Source: Acidimicrobiia bacterium (lineage in GTDB: Bacteria > Actinomycetota > Acidimicrobiia > Spongiisociales > ZC4RG35). From it: a stretch of 64,000 nucleotides of DNA. Within the stretch, counting starts at the first letter, position 1; every line of letters starts with the position of its first letter. The position numbers were made by a program, and so were the translations under genes. The stretch is taken from the NCBI GenBank assembly GCA_965203555.1, contig CBDBCY010000004.1:1568001-1632000 (forward strand), written 5' to 3'. Below are positions 10,809 to 19,892 of the stretch, piece after piece. The notes under the pieces are model-generated. The model did no database searches and had not been told where the DNA came from. It saw nothing but the letters and a program-made list of their open reading frames with translations.

Positions 10809-10830
10809 AATGCTATCATTGATATCATTG
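10809..10830 (+). promoter_or_regulatory. putative FitA operator
   Basis: AATGCTATCATTGATATCATTG contains TGCTATCA, the Neisseria FitAB half-site, ~40 bp upstream of a fitA-like gene. Confidence 0.5.
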
Positions 10831-10854
10831 TCGCGGATTAGCAAAGGAGAAGAC

Positions 10855-11097
10855 GTGGCCAGCATCACGGTCCGTAATCTCGATGAGAGTCTGGAGCGGC
10901 GACTCCGCATCCGGGCGGCCCAGAACGGGCATTCCATGGAGCAAGAGGCGAGAGAAATCCTAAGCGAGGCGTTGCGGAAACCTCTGACAGGCAAGGATCT
11001 GGTGGATGCAATTCGTTGGACTTTCGAGCCCCTCGGGGGGGTTGAGTTGGAACTGCCACCCCGCGGGCCCATGCGCGAACCGCCCACATTCGACTGA
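10855..11097 (+). CDS. FitA-like ribbon-helix-helix antitoxin, copy 1
   Basis: ASITVRNLDESLERRLRIRAAQNGHSMEQEAREIL; GTG start after AAGGAGA. Confidence 0.85.
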   Translation: MASITVRNLDESLERRLRIRAAQNGHSMEQEAREILSEALRKPLTGKDLVDAIRWTFEPLGGVELELPPRGPMREPPTFD

Positions 11098-11176
11098 GCC
11101 AGGGCACTGATCATCCTCGACACCAATCCGTTCGATCAAGCGGCGCATTGACTCCGATAGAGCAGGGAGAAGCAAT

Positions 11177-11422
11177 ATGGCCACCATCACAGTGCGCAAC
11201 CTGGACGAAGACCTGAAGCGACGACTCCGCATCCGGGCAGCCCGGAACGGCAACTCCATGGAACAGGAAACCCGGAACATTCTGAGAACGGCCCTCTACC
11301 AGGAACCCTTGACGGGTGCAGACTTGGTGAAAGCGATCCGTGCCCGATTCGAGCCCCTCGGCGGCGTTGAACTGGAGTTGCCGTCCCGCGAGCCCATGCG
11401 CGAGCCTCCCACATTCGATTGA
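11177..11422 (+). CDS. FitA-like antitoxin, copy 2
   Basis: MATITVRNLDEDLKRRLRIRAARNGNSME; directly upstream of a PIN toxin. Confidence 0.9.
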   Translation: MATITVRNLDEDLKRRLRIRAARNGNSMEQETRNILRTALYQEPLTGADLVKAIRARFEPLGGVELELPSREPMREPPTFD

Positions 11423-11431
11423 GCCAGGGCA

Positions 11432-11866
11432 ATGATCATCCTCGACACCAATGTCGTATCCGAACTGACGCGTCCCGATCCGGATATCGGCGTTATCGAC
11501 TGGGTCACCCGGCAAGCACCTTCGAACTTGTACGTCTCGTCCATCAGCGAGGCCGAAATGCGTTACGGTGTCGAGATCATGCCAGCAGGCAAGCGCCGTG
11601 ACAGATTGCGCGCCGAGATCAAGGGAATGCTGCGGGAAGACTTTGCGGGGCGCATCCTTCCCTTCGACAGCAACGCCGCTCGATCCTATGCCGCAATAGC
11701 CGCCGACCGCCGCTCTGCCGGACGCCCCATAAACCAGGCCGACTGCCAGATCGCGGCGATCGCCCATTCGCTGGGAGCATGGCTCGCAACCCGAAACACA
11801 ACCGACTTCGCAGGATGCGGCATCGACGTGATCGATCCCTGGTCGGACACCCGGGTCAGGGACTAA
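11432..11866 (+). CDS. FitB/VapC PIN-domain toxin
   Basis: MIILDTNVVSE, ADCQIAAIA, LATRNTTDF, IDPW. Confidence 0.92.
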   Translation: MIILDTNVVSELTRPDPDIGVIDWVTRQAPSNLYVSSISEAEMRYGVEIMPAGKRRDRLRAEIKGMLREDFAGRILPFDSNAARSYAAIAADRRSAGRPINQADCQIAAIAHSLGAWLATRNTTDFAGCGIDVIDPWSDTRVRD

Positions 11867-12054
11867 CCCGTGAGTCGCCACTCCTTCAACATCCCAACCC
11901 GGCCGGTTACAGATAGCGGGCGTGAAACACTATGCATAGTTCGCGTTCGGCCCGATGGTCGAGACGCAGTCCTACTGTGCACCCCACGTTTCAAAGCAGA
12001 TTCAAGGAACCGGAACAGGGCGTTTTCGGTCGGTCAATAGGCCCTCGGCACCTT

Positions 12055-12429
12055 TCAGCCCACGGCGGGAGCGGAAGGTCGGATCTCTCCCAGCAGGGGA
12101 ACAAGCCCCTCGACGGGATCCCGATAATACTTGAGATACTCCTCCGTACCGCGGCGGTGGGAGTAGGCGAGGCGTTCTCGTTCGCTCTCCGGGTAGCCAC
12201 ACTGGGTGATGATGTCATCCAGGGTTGAGGTCAGATAGTTGAATTTCACCCACCGATCCTCCTGCCGGTGATGAACCCAGAAAGTGGGATCATCGACATC
12301 GTAGGGACCAAACTTCTCCAAGTCATCCGCCCACCTGCTCACCAAAATGCGCTCTTCTTCACCGAGTGGGTAGGGAGGGCACTGGTGACCGGTCTCACCG
12401 TGTTTGGAACTGTCCATGGGAACCCACAT
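12055..12429 (-). CDS. hypothetical protein downstream of the Type ISP cassette array
   Basis: 124-aa ORF with protein-like composition, co-oriented with the RM gene; family not recognised. Confidence 0.45.
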   Translation of the reverse strand: MWVPMDSSKHGETGHQCPPYPLGEEERILVSRWADDLEKFGPYDVDDPTFWVHHRQEDRWVKFNYLTSTLDDIITQCGYPESERERLAYSHRRGTEEYLKYYRDPVEGLVPLLGEIRPSAPAVG

Positions 12430-12813
12430 TAATCCGCCGCTCTGGATTCACTCCTCCCCATATCCCTGTTTGGCTATACCCGTTCCCGGGGTACCGCCCT
12501 GCCGGCGGGATCGACGGTGTGGAGGTCGGGCAGCATCCCCGCCGCCAAAGCCGCGAAACGGGTTCGGTTGGAGGGGCTGGCGATCAGGATGGCCGTCTGG
12601 GCAGGCTTCGGGTGGGTCGGCCCGTCACATGCAGGTCGGTCAGCGTCGTGGTCACGAGTGTCGCGAACGGGAGTTGCTGGTCTCTCATGATCAGGATGGC
12701 GGTCGTCTGGGTGCGCATCGGGTCTGCCGCCCGGTGGCGCACAGGTCGAAGAGACGGTCGGTTGCGATGATCCCGAACGGAAGTTGGCGGGTGAGGCTGA
12801 CCAGGATCGCCGA

Positions 12814-12825
12814 CCCCCCCCCCCC
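12814..12825 (-). repeat. poly-G tract 3 (G12), selects among C5/C6/C7
   Basis: C12 on the + strand immediately before cassette 5. Confidence 0.9.
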
Positions 12826-13067
12826 GGTCGGTTACCGGGGCATCACCCGGGTCTGCTGACCCGGTCCCATGGCGTGCAGGTCCGGAATCAGACCGGTCGC
12901 CATCACCCCGAAGATCGCCATGTTCGACGGCCCGGTCATCGCTATCGCCTGCGGGGAATAGCCCGGCTCGGCTGGTTGACTCCGGCGGCGCTGAGGTCCG
13001 GAAGGCAGGTTGTGGCAAGGGATCCGAAGATCGCCCGGTTGTTCGGGGAGGTGACGACGAACGCCGG

Positions 13068-13077
13068 CCCCCCCCCC
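13068..13077 (-). repeat. poly-G tract 2 (G10), selects C3/C4/bypass
   Basis: C10 on the + strand immediately before cassette 3. Confidence 0.9.
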
Positions 13078-13196
13078 GGTTTATCGTGCCAGACTGCGTG
13101 GTATCACCCGCGTCTGCTGCGACCCCTTGATCGCCGCCAGGTCTGGCAGAGTCGTCGCGGCCAACGCCTGAAAGGTCATGTTCGAGGTCCCCGAGA

Positions 13197-16100
13197 TCAG
13201 GATCGCCGACGGGGTATGACCCGGCAGGCTTGTGATATTCCTCCCCCTTTGAGATCGCAGATCCGAGCGGTGGCGAGGACTGAGAAGATGGTGGAGTTCG
13301 ATCCCGTGGAGACGAGAATTCCCCGAGCCCCCCCCCCCGCTTCCCTATTTGTGCTTTCCTCGCGTGGGAACATCTTGGAAACGGTCTTCACAGACGAGAG
13401 GATGCGGTCATCCTCATACAGCCACAGTTTGGTGAACGGGCGATAGAGCACCTCCCTAACGCGAGATTCGTCAAATATGATCTCCTTGTTCGCTTTCAGG
13501 GCCTGCTTCAAGGTGGCGGTCCATTTGATGGTTTTGAGATTGTCGTTCCTAGTGGCTTGCCGGAAGGTGATTTCACCCTCCTCAACAAAGAACCGCATAT
13601 CTTCATACTCGTCAATGAGCGCCTTGATTCTGGCAATCAGATCGTCCCGAGAAAACGAATACACGTAAGTATCGCAATTGGTTTTCACGCCCGATGCGTG
13701 CTCCGCAACAGCACTACGCTCCTGCTTGTTCGTGGAACAGACCGGCAGCAGCTTCTCAAAGGTACCGTCGGTCAGGTTCACCCAGTCGTGGCGATCGTTG
13801 ACCGGCACCGTCTCGAACTGATCGCTGGTCACGTCCCCCAGTTCCGCCAGCCAGGCGAACTTCTGATCCAAGGTGGAGTATTCGGGTACTTCCGCGTAGC
13901 GGAGAGCGCCGGAGCCGGTCAGGCCCTCCCGTGGATTGCGGACCAGGACGGTGATCTGCACGCCGTTGCGCGATCCCCCACCGAACAGTTTGTCACCCTC
14001 TCGACGAAACTCCTCACCGCTCTTGTAAGCGTCCCCCCGCAGGTTGACCACATAGAGGTCGGTGAATTCGTCGCGTAACGCGGCCCGCATGCCCGCCAGG
14101 GCGGTACCCGTAGCGAGGGAATTGGGATGGATGAACGCCAACACCCCCCCCCCCCGCGGCGCGTCTGGAGTCGCCCAGTCGGTCCGAGGCCCACCGGAAC
14201 GACTTCACATACATATTGCCCGCCGCGTTGCCGCCCGGGGCGCGTCCGGTGACTTCCTTGTGCCGTCTTCCGTAGGTGTCTCTGACCCGTTGTTCGACGT
14301 CCTCATGGACGATGTTCGGGTTGTCGTCCCCGGCAGACTTCTGCCCGGCCGACCAGGGAGGATTCGCCGCTATCACCCGGATGTCCCGCTCGTCCTGGGA
14401 GACCGCCCGTCGAGGGTTCCGGTCCAGGCCGAGCCTTCCCGTCACCGCTCCGGCCAGCGTGTCCCGCAGAACTATGCCCTCGAACGGACGATACCCATCC
14501 TCGAACACTCCGCGAGAGGCGGCGGCCTGCTCGATCTTGAGAGCGGCGATGTAGTAGGCCAGCAGCACCAGATCGTTGGCGTGCAGTTCCTGTTCGTATT
14601 TGCGGACCGCGTCCCGGTCGGATATGAGCGGTTCCCCGTCGGTGTCCGCCAGGGTCAGCAATCTGGAGATGAAAGTGCCGGTCCCGGTGAAGGGATCGAG
14701 TATCTCCACGGCCGGTTCGCTCAGGGAGTAGCCGAAGTGCTTCCGGCACACCGCCTGGGCGCTGCGGAGCATGAAGTCCACCAGGGGAATCGGGGTGTAG
14801 ACGATGCCCAGACGCGCCACCACCTCGGGAACCGCCGATTTGAAGAACCCCTCGTACACGTCCTGGAGGACCTGCAGCTTGGAGGCGACGGGATCGGCGT
14901 CCTCGGAGACATCCTCGAACACCCTGGCAATGCGGTCGTAGGAGCGCTGCAGGGGCTCGATCAGATGATCGAAGTCGAGCCCGGCGTCCCTCAACTCCTC
15001 CATCACCGCGTTGAGGTGTTGGGAAACCGGATTCCGGTCAGCGAAGAGGTGCTCGGCGAAGAAGGCGTCGAACACCGGGATGGTGACCGCATGCTGGGCG
15101 ATCATCTCGGCAGCCTCGGCGCGGCTGAAGGTGGGTATGACGGTTTCTCGGATCTGTTCGGCGAAGGTGTCCAGGGCTTCCGCCGCCCGCCCGTGGCCGG
15201 TTTTGCTCCGAATCTCCGAAAGCACCTTCCGGTAGACCCCGGCGGCCCGGTTGCCCCAGGACGCCCAGTAGTGCCGGTCGCCCACCTGTTCCACCAGCAC
15301 CGACGCTATCTTCGGCAACAGATCGATCTCGGGAAGAGTCGGCTGGTCAGGTTTTCCGGCTGAGGGGTCGTCACCGGTCTTGTCGATGATTCGCAACGGC
15401 GCCTTCTCGGCCAGGCCGGGAGCGTTGACCAAGGCGTCGAAACGCTCGTCGTGGGCGCGGAGTGCCCGGCAGACCCTCCACACCTGTTGGAATGCGGAAC
15501 TTTTCAGAAACTCCTCGGATTGGAGGGTTTCCCCGTCGGGCACCAAAACCGGCACCACGATATAGCCCCTCTGCTTGCCGGGAGCGCGTCTCATCACCCG
15601 CCCCACCGCCTGCACGATATCGATCTCCGACTGACGGGGCGCCAGAAACAGCACGGCGTCCAAGGCCGGGATGTCCACCCCCTCGGAGAGGCAACGGGCG
15701 TTGGTCAGCACCCGGATGGTGCCGGGCGGCTGATCGGCGCCCTTCAACCATCCCACCCGTTCCGACCGCACATAGGCGTTCTGCTTGCCGTCGATGTGTT
15801 CCACGTCCAAGGCCAGCACCGCTCGATTCCGATAATCCTTGGAACGGTCCTGCTGATAGCTGTCGCACAGCCGGCGCCAGTGCTCGGCGACCTTCTTGGA
15901 GTTGACGATCTTGTTGGTGAAAGCGATCGCTCTGCGGCAGTGGTAGTCGGGGTTGAGCATCCCGGCGGCCCGGTCTCTTTCCACCCCCAACGTGGTGGGA
16001 TCGGCCAGGGCGTCCCAGCACCCCACCAACTGCACCCAGTCCTCGGCGTTGAGAATCTGCGACCGGGGCACTTTGCCGGTGGTCTCCCCGTACTGTTTCT

Positions 16101-17361
16101 GGTAATTCTCATAGCTTTCTATGGCATGCTGCTCGCGGTAGGCGATCACCACCACCTGGTAGTCCGACAGCAACTCCGCCTCGATGGCGTCATAGAAACT
16201 CTGCTCGTAGAGAAGCGGCCCATAGAGGAACTCGTCGTCCATGGAATACACCTCCCGCCCTGACCTCCTCCAACCCGCCGCGTAGATCCGCTGGGTGGCG
16301 GTCATGAACAGGCGCCTCCGAGCGTCGAGGCGAGCGGGGTTGTGCACCAGTTGGAAGGGACTCTCCTTTTCTTTGGACCGTTCCACGCCGGTGGTGCGGT
16401 GGGCCTCGTCGCAGATCACCAGATCGAACTCGGGCACGCCCAGGTACTGAGCGTCGCAGACCACCGGCAGCGACTGGTAGGTGGAAAAGACCACGGTCAT
16501 CGCCTCCGGCGCCTCCCGTTTGAGCTTGGAGGCGATCCTCTCGGCGCTGGTGGTGGGTGGCATGGCCAGTTCCATCAGATCGGCGTCCTCGGAGTCCCGG
16601 CCCGACCGGGCGTCCGAGCAGACCGCCAGGTAACGGTGCGGAATCTCCGGATCGCCCTGATATGCCCAGGTCCGCATGGTCTGGCTCATCAGGGCGATGG
16701 AGGGAACCAGATAGAGCACCCGGCCACCCAGACCCACGTTGCGCTCCGCCGCCCACAATCCCACCTCCGACTTTCCCGACCCGCAGGGCATGAGCACCCT
16801 CCCCCGGCTGGAGGGGTGCGAGCCGAACAACCCGTTGCCGATCGCATCCAGCGCTTCTTCCTGGTGCGGGCGGGGAATGTGACGTTCCTCGCCCCAGCGC
16901 AGAGTCTGATCGGGGCGTTCGATAAGATTTCGCCAGTCCCCCACCGGCCAGTTGTCGAGATCGTTCTTGGTGATGATCTGGGTGGAGGCGTCGTTGAGTT
17001 TCTTGCGGGCATTGGCGGAATAGTTGCCGGTGGCCACAAAGATGCGCTCCTCCCACACATCCGCCACCGTGTTGGACAGGAACTTGTTCACCTCGGTGAT
17101 ACTGACCGAACCCGACTTGTAGAACTTGCACTGAATGGCGCACAGCCCGCCCTCTTTCAGTTCACCCACCAGGTCGATGCCGATATCGCCGCCGCCCCGG
17201 CCGGGCCACTCCGACCACAGCCACAGTTTGTCGAAGCGATCCCGGTACTGCGGATTGACCAGGAGGGCTTTGCGGATCAGCTTCTCGAAGGCCCGACCTC
17301 GCTGATACCTCCCGGTGTGATCGGCTCGCAGGCGATCCAGCGCTTCGGCGAGATGCGGCAT
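13197..17361 (-). CDS. Type ISP restriction-modification enzyme (LlaGI/LlaBIII-like: Mrr nuclease, SF2 helicase, N6-MTase, partial TRD); frameshifted at poly-G, probably phase variable
   Basis: FEKL..DIGIDLV..AIQCKFY nuclease; PCGSGKS and DEAH helicase; LGIVYTP, DPFTGTG and NPPW MTase; GVKTNCD, LYRPFTK TRD start. About 1387 aa if the tract is G11. Confidence 0.92.
13328..13338 (-). repeat. poly-G tract 1 (G11), selects C1/C2/bypass
   Basis: C11 on the + strand immediately before cassette 1. Confidence 0.9.
14144..14155 (-). repeat. poly-G ON/OFF tract (G12, OFF) inside the Type ISP methyltransferase domain
   Basis: C12 on the + strand at the junction of ORFs 14014-17361 and 13197-14144; G11 joins them in frame. 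Confidence 0.9.
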
Positions 17362-17452
17362 CAGACTCTTTCTATCAAGTTCTGGCTACTGTCGAATACA
17401 TTGAACACAAGGGTACAATGAGAAGACCGTCCGCATATTTCTCCCGTAGCCC

Positions 17453-18187
17453 ATGTCCGTTCCCCCCGGCACGCTCATCGAACTGCCTCCCGAGCAGCAC
17501 GACCGCGACAACATCACCGACTGGTGCCTTGACCAATTCCGGGACCACTATGGAGACGGGGCCATCACCAAGGACGACATCTGGGAGTATCTGTACGGGG
17601 TGATGCACGCCCCCGACTGGCGGGAGCGATACCGGCACGACCTGCAGCGCAACCTGCCGCGGGTGCCGTTCGCTCCCGACTTCGAGGCATTCGCCGCGGC
17701 GGGCCGTCACCTCATGGATCTGCACATCAACTACGAGACCGTCCCCGAATGGCCGCTTACCTGCCTGGTGGACGATCAGCCCGACGAGGGCGGTTCCGAT
17801 CCCGACGCCTACCGGATCACTCAGAGGAAGATGAGGTGGGGGAAAGACGCAGCCACCAGGACCGCGGACCGCAGCGTGTTCATCATCAACGACCGGTGCC
17901 GGCTGGTGGGCATACCACCCGAAGCCCACGAATACACGGTTTCGGGACGTTCACCGCTGGAATGGGCCATCGACAGCCTGCGCTGGAAACACAACAAGGC
18001 GTCGGGGATAACCGACGATCCCAACGGCTGGCATGCCTGGGCGGACGAGCCGTTCAACCTGATCCGCCACCTCCGCCGCCTCGTCCACATCTCGATCCAC
18101 ACCGCCCGAACCGTGAAGTCCCTGCCGCCTTCGCTGGCGGAACCACAGTCCCCGGGCTCGGCAGACAACCCAACCCCCGAACACTGA
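17453..18187 (+). CDS. stand-alone C-terminal part of the Type ISP specificity domain
   Basis: DNITDWCLDQFR..ITKDDIWEYLYGVMHAPDWRERY..DLQRNLPRVP..LMDLHINYE..GIPPEAHEYTVSGRSPLEW..SGITDDPN: the region that follows the variable segment in single-chain Type ISP enzymes. Confidence 0.88.
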   Translation: MSVPPGTLIELPPEQHDRDNITDWCLDQFRDHYGDGAITKDDIWEYLYGVMHAPDWRERYRHDLQRNLPRVPFAPDFEAFAAAGRHLMDLHINYETVPEWPLTCLVDDQPDEGGSDPDAYRITQRKMRWGKDAATRTADRSVFIINDRCRLVGIPPEAHEYTVSGRSPLEWAIDSLRWKHNKASGITDDPNGWHAWADEPFNLIRHLRRLVHISIHTARTVKSLPPSLAEPQSPGSADNPTPEH

Positions 18188-18436
18188 TGTGATCACCTGA
18201 AAGACACCGGTACTTCCCTTCCCATTTTTGGGCACGGAATACCTCGGTCCGTCTTCACATCCACCAGGACCACTATCGGAATCCCCCCTGTGGTGAACCC
18301 TCCGATTGCCGCGCGACATCTTTGCGAGGAAAGTCCATCTCCACTCCGTACGGCCTGGCAAGGACTCCGCGGATTTCTGTTTCGGAGAACCTCTTCAGCG
18401 CTGAGGCGAGGACCTCGGAAACGCCGAGGGGTGCGA

Positions 18437-18751
18437 TCAAGAAACGCCGGCGGGTATCAGCGCGGTGATCTCTTTCGCCAAGTCGGCCGGCATGAGAGAG
18501 AGGATGGCTGACCGCTTCTGGTCGGACATTCGTGCCAGTCGCCTTGCCGATATGTGAGCCGGCAGCTCACGGGTGTCCCCGATCTGCTCTTCGAGGGAGC
18601 ACTGGTAGAACAGGGAGTCCGCAAGGTCAGCCAACCAGGCGCGCTCTTCCGGAGTGGCAGGCCGACTACGGACATCGTCGAAGGACACATTCGGGTCCTC
18701 ACACAGCGCGATGATCTCCTCATGATCGAGCTTCCCCATAGACCAAAACAT
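18437..18751 (-). CDS. hypothetical protein
   Basis: 104-aa ORF with protein-like composition; unrecognised. Confidence 0.4.
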   Translation of the reverse strand: MFWSMGKLDHEEIIALCEDPNVSFDDVRSRPATPEERAWLADLADSLFYQCSLEEQIGDTRELPAHISARRLARMSDQKRSAILSLMPADLAKEITALIPAGVS

Positions 18752-18867
18752 AGTGGTCGGTCGAGACCGGACAGGCCGGTGGTTGGCTGGCGTCGCAAAT
18801 GTCGCCGCCCAGAGGACCGAACACGGCGTTTTCCCACGCGGTCACAACCGCGCTGTTTTCGGTCTTT

Positions 18868-19185
18868 TTATCGAACCGCGGTCACCTCGAGGTGGACGCC
18901 CTCGTGCTGCTGGATGCGGCTGATGACCTCGAACAGGTTGCGGGCATGGGGATTGCCGTCCGGTCCGAACATGCGCATGAGACTCTTGGGATGCTTATTC
19001 GTCAGAGAGCCAAGCTTCTCGAACCCCATGGTGGCGTTTATGTAGTCGCGCAGTACGATCTTGCCCGCATCTAGGTCCCCCGCCAGCAGACATTCGACAC
19101 TTTCTTTGAGCAATTCTTCTCGAAACGCCGGGTCACCCTCGGCGCGGGCCTGCACAGTCTCTTTGAAGTCACAGGTTAGTGGCAT
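18868..19185 (-). CDS. HigA-like (HI1420-type) addiction-module antidote, HTH
   Basis: LRDYINATMGF..L..MFGPDGNP..NLF; overlaps the upstream toxin gene. Confidence 0.85.
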   Translation of the reverse strand: MPLTCDFKETVQARAEGDPAFREELLKESVECLLAGDLDAGKIVLRDYINATMGFEKLGSLTNKHPKSLMRMFGPDGNPHARNLFEVISRIQQHEGVHLEVTAVR

Positions 19186-19517
19186 CTTTTACCTCCTGTT
19201 TCTTGCGATGCTTGTACTCTTGCCAAAGTTCACGAGCGCTTTCAATGTCCCTTTGCCGGCGCGCTTTGGTCCCACCGCCGAGCAGGATTATCAATGCGCC
19301 TCCGTCTTGGCCGAAATAGACCCGGTAGCCCGGGCCGACTTGTATGCGGCGCTCCAGCACACCGCTGCCGACACCCTTCACATCGGACAGATTTCCCGCC
19401 TCCAGAACGTGCAAGAACCGTCCTCACCCTGGATGCGGCACTGGCGTCGAGCCTGCCGAACCAGCGACCGAACGGACTGCGGCCCCAGTAATCGACGTAT
19501 TCCCTGACCTCCGTCAT
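19169..19517 (-). pseudogene. RelE/HigB (HI1419-type) toxin, frameshifted near 19405
   Basis: MTEVREY..GRSPFGRWF in one frame; EAGNLSDVKGVGSGVLERRI..GPGYRVYFG..LLGGGTK in another. Confidence 0.82.
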
Positions 19518-19579
19518 ATGGTAACGCTACCGTTACCGTCATGCAGAAGCTGGATGTTCGGCATGCTTCATCCTCCACT

Positions 19580-19806
19580 CTTCCGCCCCTCGAGTGGGCG
19601 ATCGACAGCCTGCGCTGGAAGCACGACAAGGCATCAGGAATAACCGACGATCAGAACGGATGGCCTCCTGGACCGACGAACCGTTCAACCTGATCAGACA
19701 TCTGCGGCGGCTCGTGTACGTGTCGGTCGAGACCGCCCGGATCGTGAAATCGCTACCGCTCCCCCTGGAGCCTCAGCAACCCGACTCCTCCGAAGAGAGT
19801 TGCTGA
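19580..19806 (+). pseudogene. 3' remnant of a second Type ISP C-terminal gene
   Basis: Diverged nucleotide copy of ~17950-18150 (PLEWAIDSLRWKHDKASGITDD...DEPFNLIRHLRRLV) with a frameshift. Confidence 0.85.
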
Positions 19807-19892
19807 AGCTCTGAACATCGCTCCCGGCGGTACGTCCGGCGGTGATAAGGTCATGGTCGAGGGGGCCCCGATACGAACAGAAGGAGCGTCTG

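Larger units (their letters stand above)
12474..13322 (-). repeat. array of seven overlapping alternative Type ISP specificity-segment cassettes
   Basis: C1 13197-13322 GILVSTGSNSTIFSVLATARICDLKGGGISQACRVIPR; C2 13081-13206 AILISGTSNMTFQALAATTLPDLAAIKGSQQTRVIPR; C3 12942-13064 AFVVTSPNNRAIFGSLATTCLPDLSAAGVNQPSRAIPR; C4 12832-12948 AIAMTGPSNMAIFGVMATGLIPDLHAMGPGQQTRVMPR; C5 12691-12810 AILVSLTRQLPFGIIATDRLFDLCATGRQTRCAPR; C6 12584-12700 AILIMRDQQLPFATLVTTTLTDLHVTGRPTRSLPR; C7 12474-12593 AILIASPSNRTRFAALAAGMLPDLHTVDPAGRAVPR. Each has its own stop. Confidence 0.92.

Noticed and set aside
12474-13322. CRISPR array, DGR template or degenerate SLH repeats as explanation of the ~120-bp periodicity
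   Set aside because: No identical repeats with unique spacers, no cas or reverse transcriptase gene, and differences are not adenine-specific. The units translate as paralogues of the Type ISP terminal segment.
13197-17361. Simple pseudogene
   Set aside because: The only lesion is in a long homopolymer, catalytic motifs are intact, and downstream frames show constraint.
12474-18187. Invertase-driven shufflon
   Set aside because: All cassettes are in the same orientation, with no recombinase gene or flanking inverted repeats seen. Deletion between poly-G tracts cannot be excluded as a secondary route.
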